DNA from: Priapulus caudatus
Taxonomy: Eukaryota
Reading direction: 5' to 3'
Length of the DNA: 49,822 nt
Assembly: GCF_000485595.1 (NCBI RefSeq)
Contig: NW_014577090.1
Span: 378,505-428,326 of the forward strand
Shown here: in pieces, positions 12,331 through 23,541 of the stretch
Layout: each line of letters opens with the position of its first letter
Position numbering within the stretch: the stretch's first letter is position 1
The notes under the pieces: generated by a model
Seen by the model: the letters and a program-made list of their open reading frames with translations, nothing else
Database searches by the model: none
Told to the model about the DNA's origin: nothing
Made by a program: the position numbers and the translations under genes

Positions 12331-15300
12331 ACTCCATCCTCTCTTCTCGCGCTCAGCCGCTACTTCTCGTATACCACAGAACATAGCGAAATTCGTCCAA
12401 ACTAGTTTTATCGCCGACAATTTTTTAGTACGTACATCAGCTCTGTGCATTTTTAGTGCAAGAAATAAATATAAAAAAATTTCTTTTACCACCCATGTTA
12501 CAACTTAGACTAACTTGATGGGTACCTACTGCAGTGGATTACAGCATGGCCACTCCTACTCACATTACGCCAATTATTACTCAATTTATAATTGGCTACA
12601 GGTTTCTGGCATCATTTAATTTTAGTCAATCGAGGTAGGCAATGCGTAATTGCTTTCATTCGAAGTGTGCCATTAACTGTTTCGCTGCCATTAATCGCAT
12701 CAGTCGGCACATTCGTCTCAACATCGCCACCTTCATTCATCATGTAGTGAGTATACAAAATTACGTCCTCCAATGCTGGCCGCTTTTTTACAACCCTCTA
12801 ACAATCCAGCTAGGATTGCAAAACGCTTCACCAATACCAGCTTCCTTATAAGCGCCCCCATCGATCAAGTAGCATGCCAAACCTCTCTACTGCTGAACTG
12901 TCCTACTCTAAACCTGTATGATACAGGCGGATGTCCGGTCCGCTTCACTACACCTTCACCGGCCTGAGCCCCTGCTTCGTCAGACCGCTATCGCGAAACA
13001 AGAAATGATTGCCCAATCAGAGAGCTGTAACGGGCCCAATCAAAGCCCAGCGAGTCAGGCTTTTGCCGACGTCATTTCTCCAGTTATTCAAGTTGCCTGA
13101 TCGATAACGAGGCTCGCCGAAACCCAGGGTTGAGGCCTCGTCGTACAGGCGTGATAGATAGTGTAGTGAAGCGCGAACATACCGCCTGTATAATACAGGT
13201 TAGTCCTACTCTAGAACCTCGCAATGGTTTCTTAAGCTGAAGTGATGTACGTCAGGCGGTGGCATGATCAACGAGCCTGCTGTTCTACACAATCATATGC
13301 CTGGTAAATTAACTGCTCGCGCGTGTCGTGTTTTAGCCCATTGTATACCATTCATTCTGAGACGTCAATTATTGCAGTTTTTTATAGATCCAAAGGATGG
13401 AACCGTGAAACATCAACGAAAAAAAAAAAATTAACAACAAATTTATTTTTTTTTAATTCATGAAATATCTGTTAAGATCGACTTGCTACCTGATGTTTAC
13501 CGCTGTCTGCAGCGGCACAACACTGCGGTTTACGTACGCACCAACAGTTTTCACGGCAATTAACGGGCGTGTGGCTTGTGGCCAGTGGCTTGTGTAGACA
13601 CCAGCCCGCGTGCGTTGTCTTGCCAAACGCTGACGTCACACTTCGGTACTCTATAGCTTGTACCGCAACCCCCCCCCCCAACGCTGTATCTTCCAATTAT
13701 CTATCGCGTAATTATTATTATTAATATAAATTTATCTTCCAATAAACACCCTACGACAGTGGTTCTTAACCTTTTTTGAGTCATGGACCCCTTTGAGAAT
13801 CTGGTCAAAGCTAGGACCCCTCCACAGAAAAATGCACAGAAGCACATAAACACAAAATTTTTATGCGTATGGTTCACGGACCCCCTGAAGCCCATCCACG
13901 GACCCCTTGGAAGTTGGACCACAGGTTAAGAACCCCTGCCCTACGATGTAGCTAGTACATGTCAAACCTCCACCAATGCTGTGTTCATAAATACAACCCC
14001 AATGGCAATTTTATGGACTTTGTTTTCCTCAACAATTCCTGCATTATTTGATAAAGCTAGTGAGCTCTCCTTCCCCCTACTCTTCTCCCACACGATGTGA
14101 GCTTCCAGAAAGATAGATATGTGTGTATCCTCATTGTCACGCAGCAATATTGATCGATCGCAATTAACTGCAAAATATCCCAAAATACTGCTGTAGAAAG
14201 CAGCAGGTCCGAGGACAAATCCTCTATGAAATCAGAATCTCAACACATGTATATAACATACTGCATGTCTTGTATTGAAACAGCACATATACAGGTGAAC
14301 CAGGTGATAGGAATTAGATCTGTTCAGTTCAAAATTTTATTTTCGTCCTAGAACATGTATTTAGGATTCAGAAAATCAACTCATTCTAGGATTTATTTAC
14401 CAATTTGTTTACATACGTTCGCATCGCCTCGCCCAAGCACATAGCCAGGTACTTGTTGTATATTTGTTTATTTGATCAGAATTTACCACCGGTCATCCAT
14501 AAATCGCCAATAGGTGCAGAAAGTGGGAGTTTGCATCCACGCGCTGCATGGGTAAGATTTGGATTGCCCGCTACAAGGGACTGCAGCTGCTTGTGGCAGC
14601 CATGTGGACCGTTCCTAAATTCGACAGGTTCATGATTACTTGCAGCTTGCGAAAATCATCGAAGTACAGCACAGGCCTTGCTGTGGGCCACATCTAGTGC
14701 AACTAAGGCGGTCTCTGGCTGTACACTACTTACTTACTATACACTGCATGGCAGCAACTGCATCTGTCAAGTGAAAAACCAATCGCAGTTGGCATGTGGC
14801 CTACATGTGTGCTAATATACAATGTAAAATGTATTGTGGCTTACACTGCCCTTCCCCACCCCTCAGGCTAAAAGTAACACCCCACGGTCCCACCCCACCC
14901 ATGATCACTGCTAGCTAGCCATACAGCACGACTTGCACAAATAGGAGGGCTTGGATCTGCACACTGCATTCATGTACAGTTTGAAGAGTAAATAATCATT
15001 ACAGAATTGTGTTAAACACAAATATACACAGCAGACACACGCTATCGAGACACCGATTTGCGGTAGGCCTACATGGAGTACTCCGTGAAACTAGATGTTT
15101 TCTGGAGCAGTACTATCAATATATGACACTCACAAGGTTACTCTCACACATATAATGATATATTGCCCATGTAATTTGAGTACACCCACTTTAGGATCCT
15201 TGGGCCAATATTAATACTATTACCAGTATTAGTATTACTGATACTAGATGATACTAGTTGCAGTTACGCAGTTTTTATTATGTTTAATCAATATCTTTTA

Positions 15301-15736
15301 TTCTTGTTTGATATCGGTGCAAAAGCTCTTAGCTTATGTTACAATGTTCATGATATACCGATGAAAATAAATTTTACTTGAACTTGAACTTGAAAATTTT
15401 TTTTTTTACTTGATAACAAATAATGACATTTATTAATGTACACACAGTGAAGTTATATAACACGTACATTCTTAGCTAGAATCTAAACTACGGTACTGCT
15501 GAATGGTTATCAGTAAGGTATACAAATTATCAGTACCTAATCTAATCTAAGCTTACCCTAATATTAACAGGTAATCTATGGTGTTAGTTGCGTATTTAAA
15601 ATATTGGGTTCTGTTGAGTAAGTGCAACACACATCGTCCAAACTTACCCTTGATTCAGGTCGTTTTCCGGGTTGTCTAACCAAACACGCACATGAAACGC
15701 GTTGCCTTCTCGGCAAAGTGAAAAAATATCTTCCAT
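6473..15736 (-). CDS. ILK: Integrin-linked kinase, 5' part: join(complement 15648..15736, 6473..6638); downstream exons lie beyond the left edge or in gaps
   Basis: Spliced translation [85 protein letters not shown] matches the ILK N-terminal ankyrin repeats (human [45 protein letters not shown]). Junctions are canonical and phase-compatible. Confidence 0.96.
6636..6975. repeat. About 31-bp tandem repeat (GTCTGAAAGTCACAGAAAGTCTGGAATAAAG) overlapping the ILK exon 2 acceptor
   Basis: About 5 good units followed by degenerate units. Confidence 0.85.
7159..7196. mobile_element. 38-bp CAAGAG...CTCTTG mini-hairpin
   Basis: Arms caagagcgtata/tatacgctcttg; flanks atattat/ataatat (1 mismatch). Confidence 0.55.
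7545..7825 (-). pseudogene. Decayed fragment resembling the BTRD1 / polyglycine-hydrolase-like structural repeat
   Basis: ERDGATWQK...[33 protein letters not shown] has the spacing of the recalled repeat consensus RYAAIWEK...HGLTSAQYQAEFDELAAQGYRLVDVSGYEVGG. An upstream stop and an apparent frameshift disrupt it. Confidence 0.55.
9746..9816. mobile_element. 71-bp perfect hairpin MITE (TAGCTCTAG family), 9-bp TSD tcattacgc
   Basis: 35-bp perfect arms around a 1-nt centre; exact TSD. Confidence 0.85.
9900..9939. mobile_element. 40-bp CAGG...CCTG mini-hairpin, 7-bp TSD atattat
   Basis: Near-perfect palindrome with an exact 7-bp flanking duplication. Confidence 0.75.
10236..10980. mobile_element. 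Non-autonomous hAT-type element, 8-bp TSD cttatcct
   Basis: Termini TAGTGAT.../...CATCACTA, reiterated subterminal TAATCGATTA motifs at both ends, exact 8-bp TSD. Confidence 0.8.
11188..11252. mobile_element. 65-bp perfect hairpin MITE (TAGCTCTAG family), 9-bp TSD agcagagta
   Basis: 32-bp perfect arms; exact TSD. Confidence 0.85.
11327..11723 (+). mobile_element. CAGGG...CCCTG hAT-like MITE, copy 1
   Basis: TIRs cagggtgcaaaattaac/gttaatttctacccctg; second, inverted copy at 18460-18818; reiterated GACTCC/GGAGTC motifs. Confidence 0.75.
12146..12330. repeat. (CT)n microsatellite
   Basis: Directly visible. Confidence 0.95.
12909..13202. mobile_element. TIR MITE, 9-10-bp TSD gtcctactc(t)
   Basis: aacctgtatgatacaggcgg...ccgcctgtataatacaggtta, flanked by duplicated gtcctactc. 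Confidence 0.75.
13757..13938. mobile_element. hAT-Charlie-type MITE, 8-bp TSD ccctacga
   Basis: TIR cagtggttcttaacct/aggttaagaacccctg, reiterated GGACCCC motifs, exact TSD. Confidence 0.85.
15648..15736 (-). CDS. ILK: ILK coding exon 1 (89 nt)
   Basis: ATG at 15736; [30 protein letters not shown]; donor GG|gtaagt (phase 2). Confidence 0.95.
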
Positions 15737-16302
15737 CGTTCGCTCTCTCGCTCTCAAGTCAGTAGATTTGTGATCACATAAAATGTACACGCAATATTTA
15801 ATCTTGTAAAATACACAACTCTTTCGTGAACATCACAACCACTATCATCGCTCGCGGCTCCTGGTCGCATGCGGCTTGACTAGGTTACACACGACTTGCA
15901 TTACGATAAATGAGCCAGTATTCAAAGGTCTTTCATCTGCCCAAGTTACAGCACTGTGCCTAGACGATCCGCTTTGAGTAACATGTAAATCACAACACTA
16001 ATACATTTCCGATGCTTAATCTGTACCTTAAGTACAAATTATTGTAGCAATAAACATACAATAACACTAACACTACAACACCGACACCACCAAACCTAAA
16101 ATGCGATACCCGTCTCTATTCTCTAATTGGAGCACGTAGGGTCACGCGGTACATACAACTGATTTTCTATTAGCGGATGCAAACCCTTCTCGCGCTTGGC
16201 GCTGCCGTATCAACAACATGGCAGCGCCCACGTTGAAGCACGGTCACTAACTTCACGCGTTTATTCTTAAAACTCGTTTTCTGTATATCTTAAAGTCTAC
16301 AA
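15737..16302. promoter_or_regulatory. Bidirectional promoter/5'UTR region shared by ILK and RRP8
   Basis: Only 566 nt separate the divergent ATGs; YY1-like AACATGGC motif at about 16215-16222. Confidence 0.7.
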
Positions 16303-16374
16303 ATGTTTGAACAGGGTGACTGGGAAGGTGGTGACGCGGTTACTAAAAACCTCCAAAAGAATTTGTTTACGCAG
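16303..16374 (+). CDS. RRP8: RRP8 exon 1
   Basis: [24 protein letters not shown] resembles the RRP8 start (human MFEEPEW); donor CAG|gtctgt is phase 0, matching the acceptor at 19132. Confidence 0.8.
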
Positions 16375-19300
16375 GTCTGTTAGTTGTTGGCAATGGCACG
16401 GGCATATCTCGGACACATGTCTGCAAGTTAGATACAATAATATTCAATAATGTAACCCAAACCCAGGATAGGGTTACAACGCGTCGCTATGGTTTTCTGT
16501 AGAGGAAATTCAGGGAACCCTTGAGTGAATCACTCAGGGTGGTTTGTTGGTGCGTTTTCAGAGACTAGAACTTCCTAACTGGATTTATTCTCAACACGAA
16601 CCTTTCTCCGCTATCTTGGAACTTACTAATAGTAGCAATACTATGAGTCTATGTATCACAATACTCTGTATTAAACTAATATAACCTGTTACAAAAATTC
16701 GAAGTGACGAGCGGCGAATATACTGAGCGCCATTTCTGTTGACCTGTGACGTACTTCGGTTTGAAGAGCGGATTCACCGACCAATCGGAGGGCGCTGCGT
16801 TTGCCGATTGCTATATGCGCATTGGGAATGCGTACGTCACAGGTCAACAGAAATGGCGCTTGAAATATCCGCCGTTCGTCACTTCAAATTTTTGTAACAG
16901 GTTATATTAGTTTAATACAAAGTATTATGATACATAGTAAGTTCCAAGATAGCGGAGAAAGGTTCGTGTTAAGAATAAACCTAGTTTGGAAGTTCTAGTC
17001 TCTGAAAACGCACCAGCAAACCGCCCCGAGTGATTCACTCAGGGGTTCTCTGAATTTCCTCCACAGAAAACCATAGCGACGCGTTGTAACCCTATCCTGG
17101 GTTTGAGTTACATTATTGTATCTAGTCTGCAAGTGTGTGTAAACTCACAGCCACAGGCACTTGGAGCGTTTCAATAAAATATAATGCTTAACAAATACGA
17201 AATCTATTTACCACCAGTCTTAATGTTTCTATACTCTCTTTCACCTATTATTGCCAACAATTTCCTGTAAATGCCGTCCAAATGCTCATCTACAACAAAC
17301 ACTGGCTGCCGCCCAAGCGCCATTGCTGCCGCTGCACACTGACACTTAAATATATAGCAGGTAGGAAAGCATGCTGCCGAAATTCGCTCGACGCTCGCTT
17401 GATTTCACGCGAATACAACACAAATATTCAACCGTTCTACTCCATCTTTGTTTCTATTTCAAGAACTGTGTTTACTTGTTATAAAAACATACTGTCTGTG
17501 TTCGTAACCGAGCTGTGTCACACGAAATCACACAAAGACTGACGAAATTCTTGCATTCTCTCCTGTTGTGCAGTTCATGTAAATGGCTGCAAGTACAGGG
17601 CTATAGTAGACTGGTACTCACTCCCACCTCGATTACTCGATGGGACCCATCGGGGGGGGGGGACCCATCGAGTAACTAAGCCGAGAGGTGGGAGCGAGTA
17701 CCAGTCTAAGGGCTATAGGCGGCACACTGCATTTTGGGAAACTACCACGCTGCTTTCCAACTCCCGTACGAGCCTCGCCAGTGGAGCATTGCAAACATAG
17801 ATCCAAAAACGTTGCAGCGTTGCGGCGCAAGAATGAGGTCACGAAGAGCGCCGGTGGGTGTTTCCTGATTCTGACAGACATTTACATAAACTGTGCAACA
17901 GGAGCGAACGCGAGAATTTCGTCAGTCTTTGTGTGATTTTGCGTGACACAGCTCGGTTACGAACACAGACAGTATGTTTTTATAACAATTAAACACTGTT
18001 CTTGAAATAGAAACAAAGATGGAGTAGAATGGTTGAATATTTGTGTTGTATTCGTGTGAAATCAAGCGAGTGTCGAGTGAATTTTGGCAGCACGCTTTCC
18101 TGTCTGCTATATATTTAAGTGTCAGTGTGCAGCGGCAGCAATGGCGCTTGGCAGCAGCCAGTATTTGTTGTAGATGAGCATTTGGACGGCATTTACAGGA
18201 AATTGTCGGCAATAATAGGTGAAAGAGAGTATAGAAACATTGGTAGTAAATAGATTTCGTATTTATTTAGCATTATATTTTATTGAAATGCTTCAAGTGC
18301 CTGTGTGTAAACTGGCAGAAATACACAAACCACTGTGTAGAATGTAGGCTTATTAAATTGCCAAACGATACTATTCTGAACTGCAAATTAAATGCACTTT
18401 AAATGTTATGCAATTTGCATTTTCATAGGATATATTAGATGAGATAATGTAGTCCTTGACAGGTGTAGAAATTAACTTTTGAACACGGGAGTCCAATTAA
18501 TGGACTCTCTACCCTCCAAAAGAGGGAGTCCGCAACAAAATGACGGAGTCTGCAGTCTGAAGTTCAAAATTAAAGATATTAACAATAATGCATACATGTG
18601 CTTATTTTGAAGATTCATGCGGTTGCATGTCTGCCATATTTTCTTTGGACATTAGCTAAAAAAATATGGTAATTCCGTGAGTCCGTGCTCTGGAACGAAC
18701 TAGTTAGTATGGCAGAATTTTTTGGGAGTCACACGGACTTCTGCATGTGTCAAATCAGGGAGGCCGACAGTAAAGCAAGGAGTATTTTACTTCGGACTCC
18801 CGTTAATTTCGCGCCCTGCATTGACAATGTTTAGTGTGATTGGCATTTATGTTAACAACAATACCGTCTAATTTTGAATTTACGTCTTGTATCACAAATC
18901 ATAGATTTACCATAGTGATTAATTTTGTGCACTACGCAACAGTGAGGTATAGCCGTATAGAATCATGTCATGCACCTGTGAAGAAGATATACATTATTGT
19001 ATCATCTAATGATCTGCGAGCCAGTATCATAACTGGTATTAACATTGTATTGATATATTACATTTATTTGAACATTGTTGATACCATTTTATTCTGCAAT
19101 GTAGTTTATGTTCTTCCCTGTTACTTTTCCAGAAGGATGATCTTAAAGCCACTGTGGTAGCAACTAGCAGAACGAGGAGCAAGAGGAAGAAAAAGAAGAA
19201 GCCTGCAAGCACGGATATTTCAGAAGAGGCTGCTGCAAAGAAACGCGAGAAGATGAAGATACGGAAAGCTAGAGCTAAGGAGAGGAAAACTGCGGCAGCA

Positions 19301-22283
19301 AATGATGTGCTGGTTTCCTCTAGCTCAGCACCACATCCTCTTCAAATAAATACAGATTTAATACCAGCTTCTTCCATTACGAAGCGCCTTAAAATGAAGA
19401 AGCTCTCTAAGCAGATGCCAAAACCAGATATGCCAGAAACTAAGAAAGCGGAAGGTGGGTTGATGCCAAATAAAACCCCAAACAAAAGAAACAAATATGC
19501 AGACTTAATCGACCATAGTCGAAGTCAACCCGGTCCTTCTAAAACTGCAAAAAGAAAAAGGCCCAGTCTTAGCGAGCCAAATCCTGTCGTAGTATCTGAG
19601 AAGTGTGCGAAGCTCCTCACAAAGACCACCACCGCTGAAGGTGATCATCCTGCAACAATTGAACATCCCGTTCATGACCCACTCGTGTTAAATAAGAAGA
19701 GGGTTAGAACGAGGAAGCGGTTCAGGCCAGAAAAGTCAGTAGCAAAAGCGAGGAGTGGAACTGCAGATTTGCCACAGTGCAAAAAGAAACTGAAGAAAAA
19801 ATCGATTGATGACAAGTCCACATCAAAGTCTGAAACCAAATCTAGCACAGCCGCAGTTAAGCTGAAATCTGACCAGAACAAATCACAGGAAAAACGGGAA
19901 TCTATCAAAGGTTCACGTTCGACTTCAAATGTTTGCGTACCAGACTCACAGAAGAGCAAGTCAGAAGTACTGCGTGAAAAAATGGTTAACCGGCTAAATT
20001 CGGCAAGGTATAAAAGTTGAATAGCAGTGAAGTTTTATTCATCAGCATGAGTAATGATTTACAGTGTTGGTCAAAGTGGTTGTAGGCACGACTCGCGTGT
20101 TTCCTTGCCGAATGCTGTCTCATGAGTTTAGTTGACTCTTAATAAATGCGAACGCTGTGCATGTTCGTCGCATCAGGAGTACGGCAATACTAGGTCTTAC
20201 GTTATTCCTGTTACTATATTTCTATTCTGTACCGATTATATTTTTGTGTTTCTTTTGCTATAGATTTCGTTACATCAATGAACAGCTGTACACGATGCCA
20301 AGCCACGATGCTGTAGCCATGTTCCGCGAAGATCCCGAAGCTTTTATGATTTACCATCAGGGATTCTCTGGACAGGTTTCACACTGGCCAGAAAACCCAC
20401 TTGACAGGATTATCGAAGATGTAAAGAAAAAGTAAGCAATCTATTTATCTGCTGCTGCTGCTGCTATCACGTGGTCGTGATTGGTCGAGACTGGTGCATT
20501 ATATTATATACAGTGATCAAATGTGTAAAACATTGTGGCACTGCCTTCTGTCTAAGGAGCAAATAGGTATCTCACTGCAGCCATCGTCTAAAGGGTCAGA
20601 GGCCTTGACACAGGATAGGTCACAGATACCTAACAGTAGTTCTACAATTATATGAAATTCTTTCTGCCAGAGACAAGAGTAGAGCAGCCGACAATAGATA
20701 CCTTGTCATGAAATTACCTCTGCATGTGAATGGGTAAACGTGATGTCATGATGTGTGACCATATTTTTTTCATACTATTATCCATATATACTACAGGCCA
20801 TCAAAGGTTATAGCTGACTTTGGATGTGGCGATGCGAAATTAGCTCGCTCTGTTCCCAACACTGTGCACTCTTTTGACCTTGTGGCCCTCAATGATCATG
20901 TAACAGCCTGTGACATGTCCAAGGTAAGGTTATGATTTATTTGAAAGAATTATGATTTTAGAACTCAATGCACCACTTGCTTGTTTTAATAAATTTTGTA
21001 GTGGTTTATTACTCTCTTTTGAGTGTAAGGTTTACATTGTATCTTGCAATCTGTGTTGGTAGATTGTAGTACTGCCAGTTATTACAGCTATCCAGCTATA
21101 TTGCCATAAAATCAGGAGTGTATCAATACATTGATACAATTGATACACTCCTGATAAAATGTGTAAAATGTCATGAATATTGAATGTCATGAAAAGTTCA
21201 AAGAGTTGATCCAAGCTCAGCACCGAAAGTATGGGTTATATATTTTATCACAATTTTAAGATTTTTATCTTGAGCAAGGTTTTTAATCATGTTACCCACA
21301 ATTTTGTGTAAAGGTCCCACTGCAAGATGGCAGCGTTGACATCGCAATCTTCTGCCTCTCCCTCATGGGCTCGAATCTTGCTGACTACATTAATGAGGCT
21401 TGGAGGGTCCTAATGGTTAGGTGAGTACTGCTGATGCTTACTACGGGACATAACAAATCTTTATCAATACAGATATCCAGCTAGCTACTATTTAGTCTCG
21501 TGTTATGGATATTGTTTGAATCTAACAGCAGAAAATGTGACCCTAGTGAGATTTATTGGGGATTTTATCAACCTGGGGCCTATTGTCACATAGAAAAATA
21601 GCCTTAACATTAGCCGTAACTTTACGATGTTTCTGAAAATGGGCCCTTAGGTTTACTATAAAGTATGAGATACTGTAACCGTAAAGAACTCATAGATGTG
21701 TAATTAAATTAGAAATACAAAAATCGGATATGTCATAAACCTAGTTTTATTGGTTATCTTTTAAAATGTTAATAATCAAGGTGACAATTGAAAATTGCAA
21801 AAGAATATTCGCTGAGCATTTTTGCTTGTGATATTGCTGGATTAATTTTGGCCTATAATTATAAAAATTTCCATTTGCAGAGGTATTCTGAAAGTAGTTG
21901 AAGTAGAAAGCAGATTTGAAGACATCGATTCATTCACCACATCTGTCAAGAAACTGGGATTTAAACTCAAGTTTAAAGTAAGATAATTAAATTAGTGAAG
22001 AATTATATGTGGCTGTGTATATTATAGTGGCATTTACTAATGAATGCAACAAATGATTTTACATCAAAATAGAACGCTACATTATTTCTTAATGTATAAT
22101 GACTTTGTATCACGTACTAACTCATAGTAACATAATGATCATACTAAGTTGTATTTTGTGTGTGTATGTTTCTAGGTGAGTATCAACAAGATGTTCGTGA
22201 TGATGGAATTCAAAAAAGTAGAAGCAAAGTCAAAAAAATGCCCCAGTCTCTCTCTGAAGCCATGTATTTATAAGAAACGGTGA
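16303..22283 (+). CDS. RRP8: Ribosomal RNA-processing protein 8 (nucleomethylin, rRNA m1A methyltransferase), 517 aa: join(16303..16374,19133..20007,20264..20431,20797..20923,21314..21420,21881..21977,22176..22283)
   Basis: N-terminus MFEQGDW, Lys-rich low-complexity exon 2, then [31 protein letters not shown] motif [36 protein letters not shown] and C-terminal LKPCIYKKR*. All introns are GT-AG and in phase; total 1554 nt. Confidence 0.95.
16429..17124. mobile_element. 696-bp foldback element (about 300-bp arms), TAG...CTA termini, 10-bp TSD gtctgcaagt
   Basis: 16429-16753 is the reverse complement of 16833-17124; exact 10-bp TSD. Confidence 0.88.
17146..18305. mobile_element. About 1.16-kb foldback element (about 430-bp arms), CAC...GTG termini, TSD tgtaaact
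   Basis: Arms about 17152-17585 and 17879-18305; mirror ORFs 17282..17542(+) and 17922..18212(-) in the ORF track confirm the inversion. Confidence 0.85.
17607..17708. mobile_element. TAGACTGG-family hairpin MITE nested in the 1.16-kb foldback, 10-bp TSD agggctatag
   Basis: tagactggtact...agtaccagtcta; exact TSD; sister copy at 27729-27826. Confidence 0.85.
18460..18818 (-). mobile_element. CAGGG...CCCTG hAT-like MITE, copy 2
   Basis: Colinear reverse complement of 11327-11723. Confidence 0.75.
19133..20007 (+). CDS. RRP8: RRP8 exon 2 (Lys-rich N-terminal region)
   Basis: ttttccag|AAG; open frame ending [13 protein letters not shown]; donor AG|gtataa. Confidence 0.9.
20264..20431 (+). CDS. 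RRP8: RRP8 exon 3
   Basis: [55 protein letters not shown]; tatag|A ... AA|gtaagc. Confidence 0.95.
20797..20923 (+). CDS. RRP8: RRP8 exon 4
   Basis: [42 protein letters not shown]; ctacag| ... |gtaagg. Confidence 0.95.
21113..21153. mobile_element. 41-bp CAGG...CCTG mini-hairpin, 7-bp TSD ataaaat
   Basis: caggagtgtatcaat...attgatacactcctg. Confidence 0.75.
21314..21420 (+). CDS. RRP8: RRP8 exon 5
   Basis: [36 protein letters not shown]; donor |gtgagt. Confidence 0.95.
21881..21977 (+). CDS. RRP8: RRP8 exon 6
   Basis: [32 protein letters not shown]; ttgcag| ... |gtaaga. Confidence 0.95.
22176..22283 (+). CDS. RRP8: RRP8 exon 7 (last)
   Basis: [35 protein letters not shown]; ttctag| acceptor. 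Confidence 0.93.
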   Translation: MSINKMFVMMEFKKVEAKSKKCPSLSLKPCIYKKR

Positions 22284-23084
22284 TAAAAGATGTGTATACT
22301 ATGAAGAGTGTGGTTTTAATTTCTGCAATTTTGTTTGCAATTTGAAATGTGGGACTCTGTGACACATATTTCACTCTGTTTTATATATCAGGGGACAGTG
22401 TAGCAAACTTGATATTTGGATCAATGGACTATATGTTGTGATACATATAGATCTGTATTGACCTAAATCTATGCTGAATCCAACATTATAAATGATGTTG
22501 CACTGAAATGTACACAAATGCTGTACTGTTTATCGGATGTATAAAGAAATGCATCTCTGCTGTCATATTTCCAAGCAAACGAGAGTGAAAAATAAAATCC
22601 ACTCGTTTACATAGGATAACTATTTGAAATGATTTATTCCGATGTTTGCTATTAACTACATATCCTCCTAATTTTATATGCCGCATTTATAGCAATAATT
22701 AAATGTCTTCCATCACTGCAACTACAATGTTACATTGAACGAATAAGAATACACTGTGTTGGTACAATATAAATAAGTCATAGAAAATGTACACAGCTGA
22801 CAATTTTATACAAAATAAATTGCTTCAGAATTGACGCAATCCAGATCGCACACGCATCTGTTCAAGGACATGTCACTCTAAACGGTCACCACTCGACTTC
22901 AGTGTTCTCTCACACTCACAGTATATTGGCTTTCTATAAACATTCGCGACTCTGTACTTGAGAAATAATCTGTACAACCATGTCATGCGCAAAAAAACAA
23001 AATATCATTAAGGGTTTTACATTCACCTACTCGCTACTAGTGTCTGCACCACAGATTTTAAAAACCACGTTTAATAACTATTAT

Positions 23085-23124
23085 CAGGGGTTAATAATGA
23101 CAAATTTGTCATTATTAACCCCTG
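23085..23124. mobile_element. 40-bp perfect palindrome, 7-bp TSD ctattat
   Basis: caggggttaataatgacaaatttgtcattattaacccctg; identical to 27093-27132. Confidence 0.8.
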
Positions 23125-23472
23125 CTATTATGTATAGAGGTTATTCCCAATTTACTTGTGGAATGCCTTGTTTTGGAACTATTTTGGAACGATTTTAACT
23201 AAATTAAGACTGATGTTTAATTTACTCCACTACTAAATTGAAGTAATAAGGATATTCAAGTGTGTAATTCCGTGGTGTAATTAACCCTACGTGGCTTATT
23301 GGATGACACTATAAACCAATGTGCACATATATAATTATATACATAAGTTAATGGTAATACTAGAGCATACATTAAATTTAAATAACATATGACTAAGAAC
23401 TTCATTAGTAATTAATAAGGAAGTCGACTACTCAGATGCAGATGTCCCATTAAGGATGTAGTCGATAGGTAA

Positions 23473-23541
23473 TCACTTTCCAACACATTTTTGCCACCCG
23501 AGGCCGCCACATGCCGCAGAGACAATAAAGTAAATTATGAC
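23473..23541 (-). CDS. VAMP7: VAMP7 coding exon 7 (last)
   Basis: VIIYFIVSAACGGLGWQKCVGK*. Confidence 0.95.
   Translation of the reverse strand, partial: VIIYFIVSAACGGLGWQKCVGK

Noticed and set aside
17282..18212. Pair of near-identical ORFs on opposite strands
   Set aside because: Simply the two arms of a foldback transposon; no transposase motifs.
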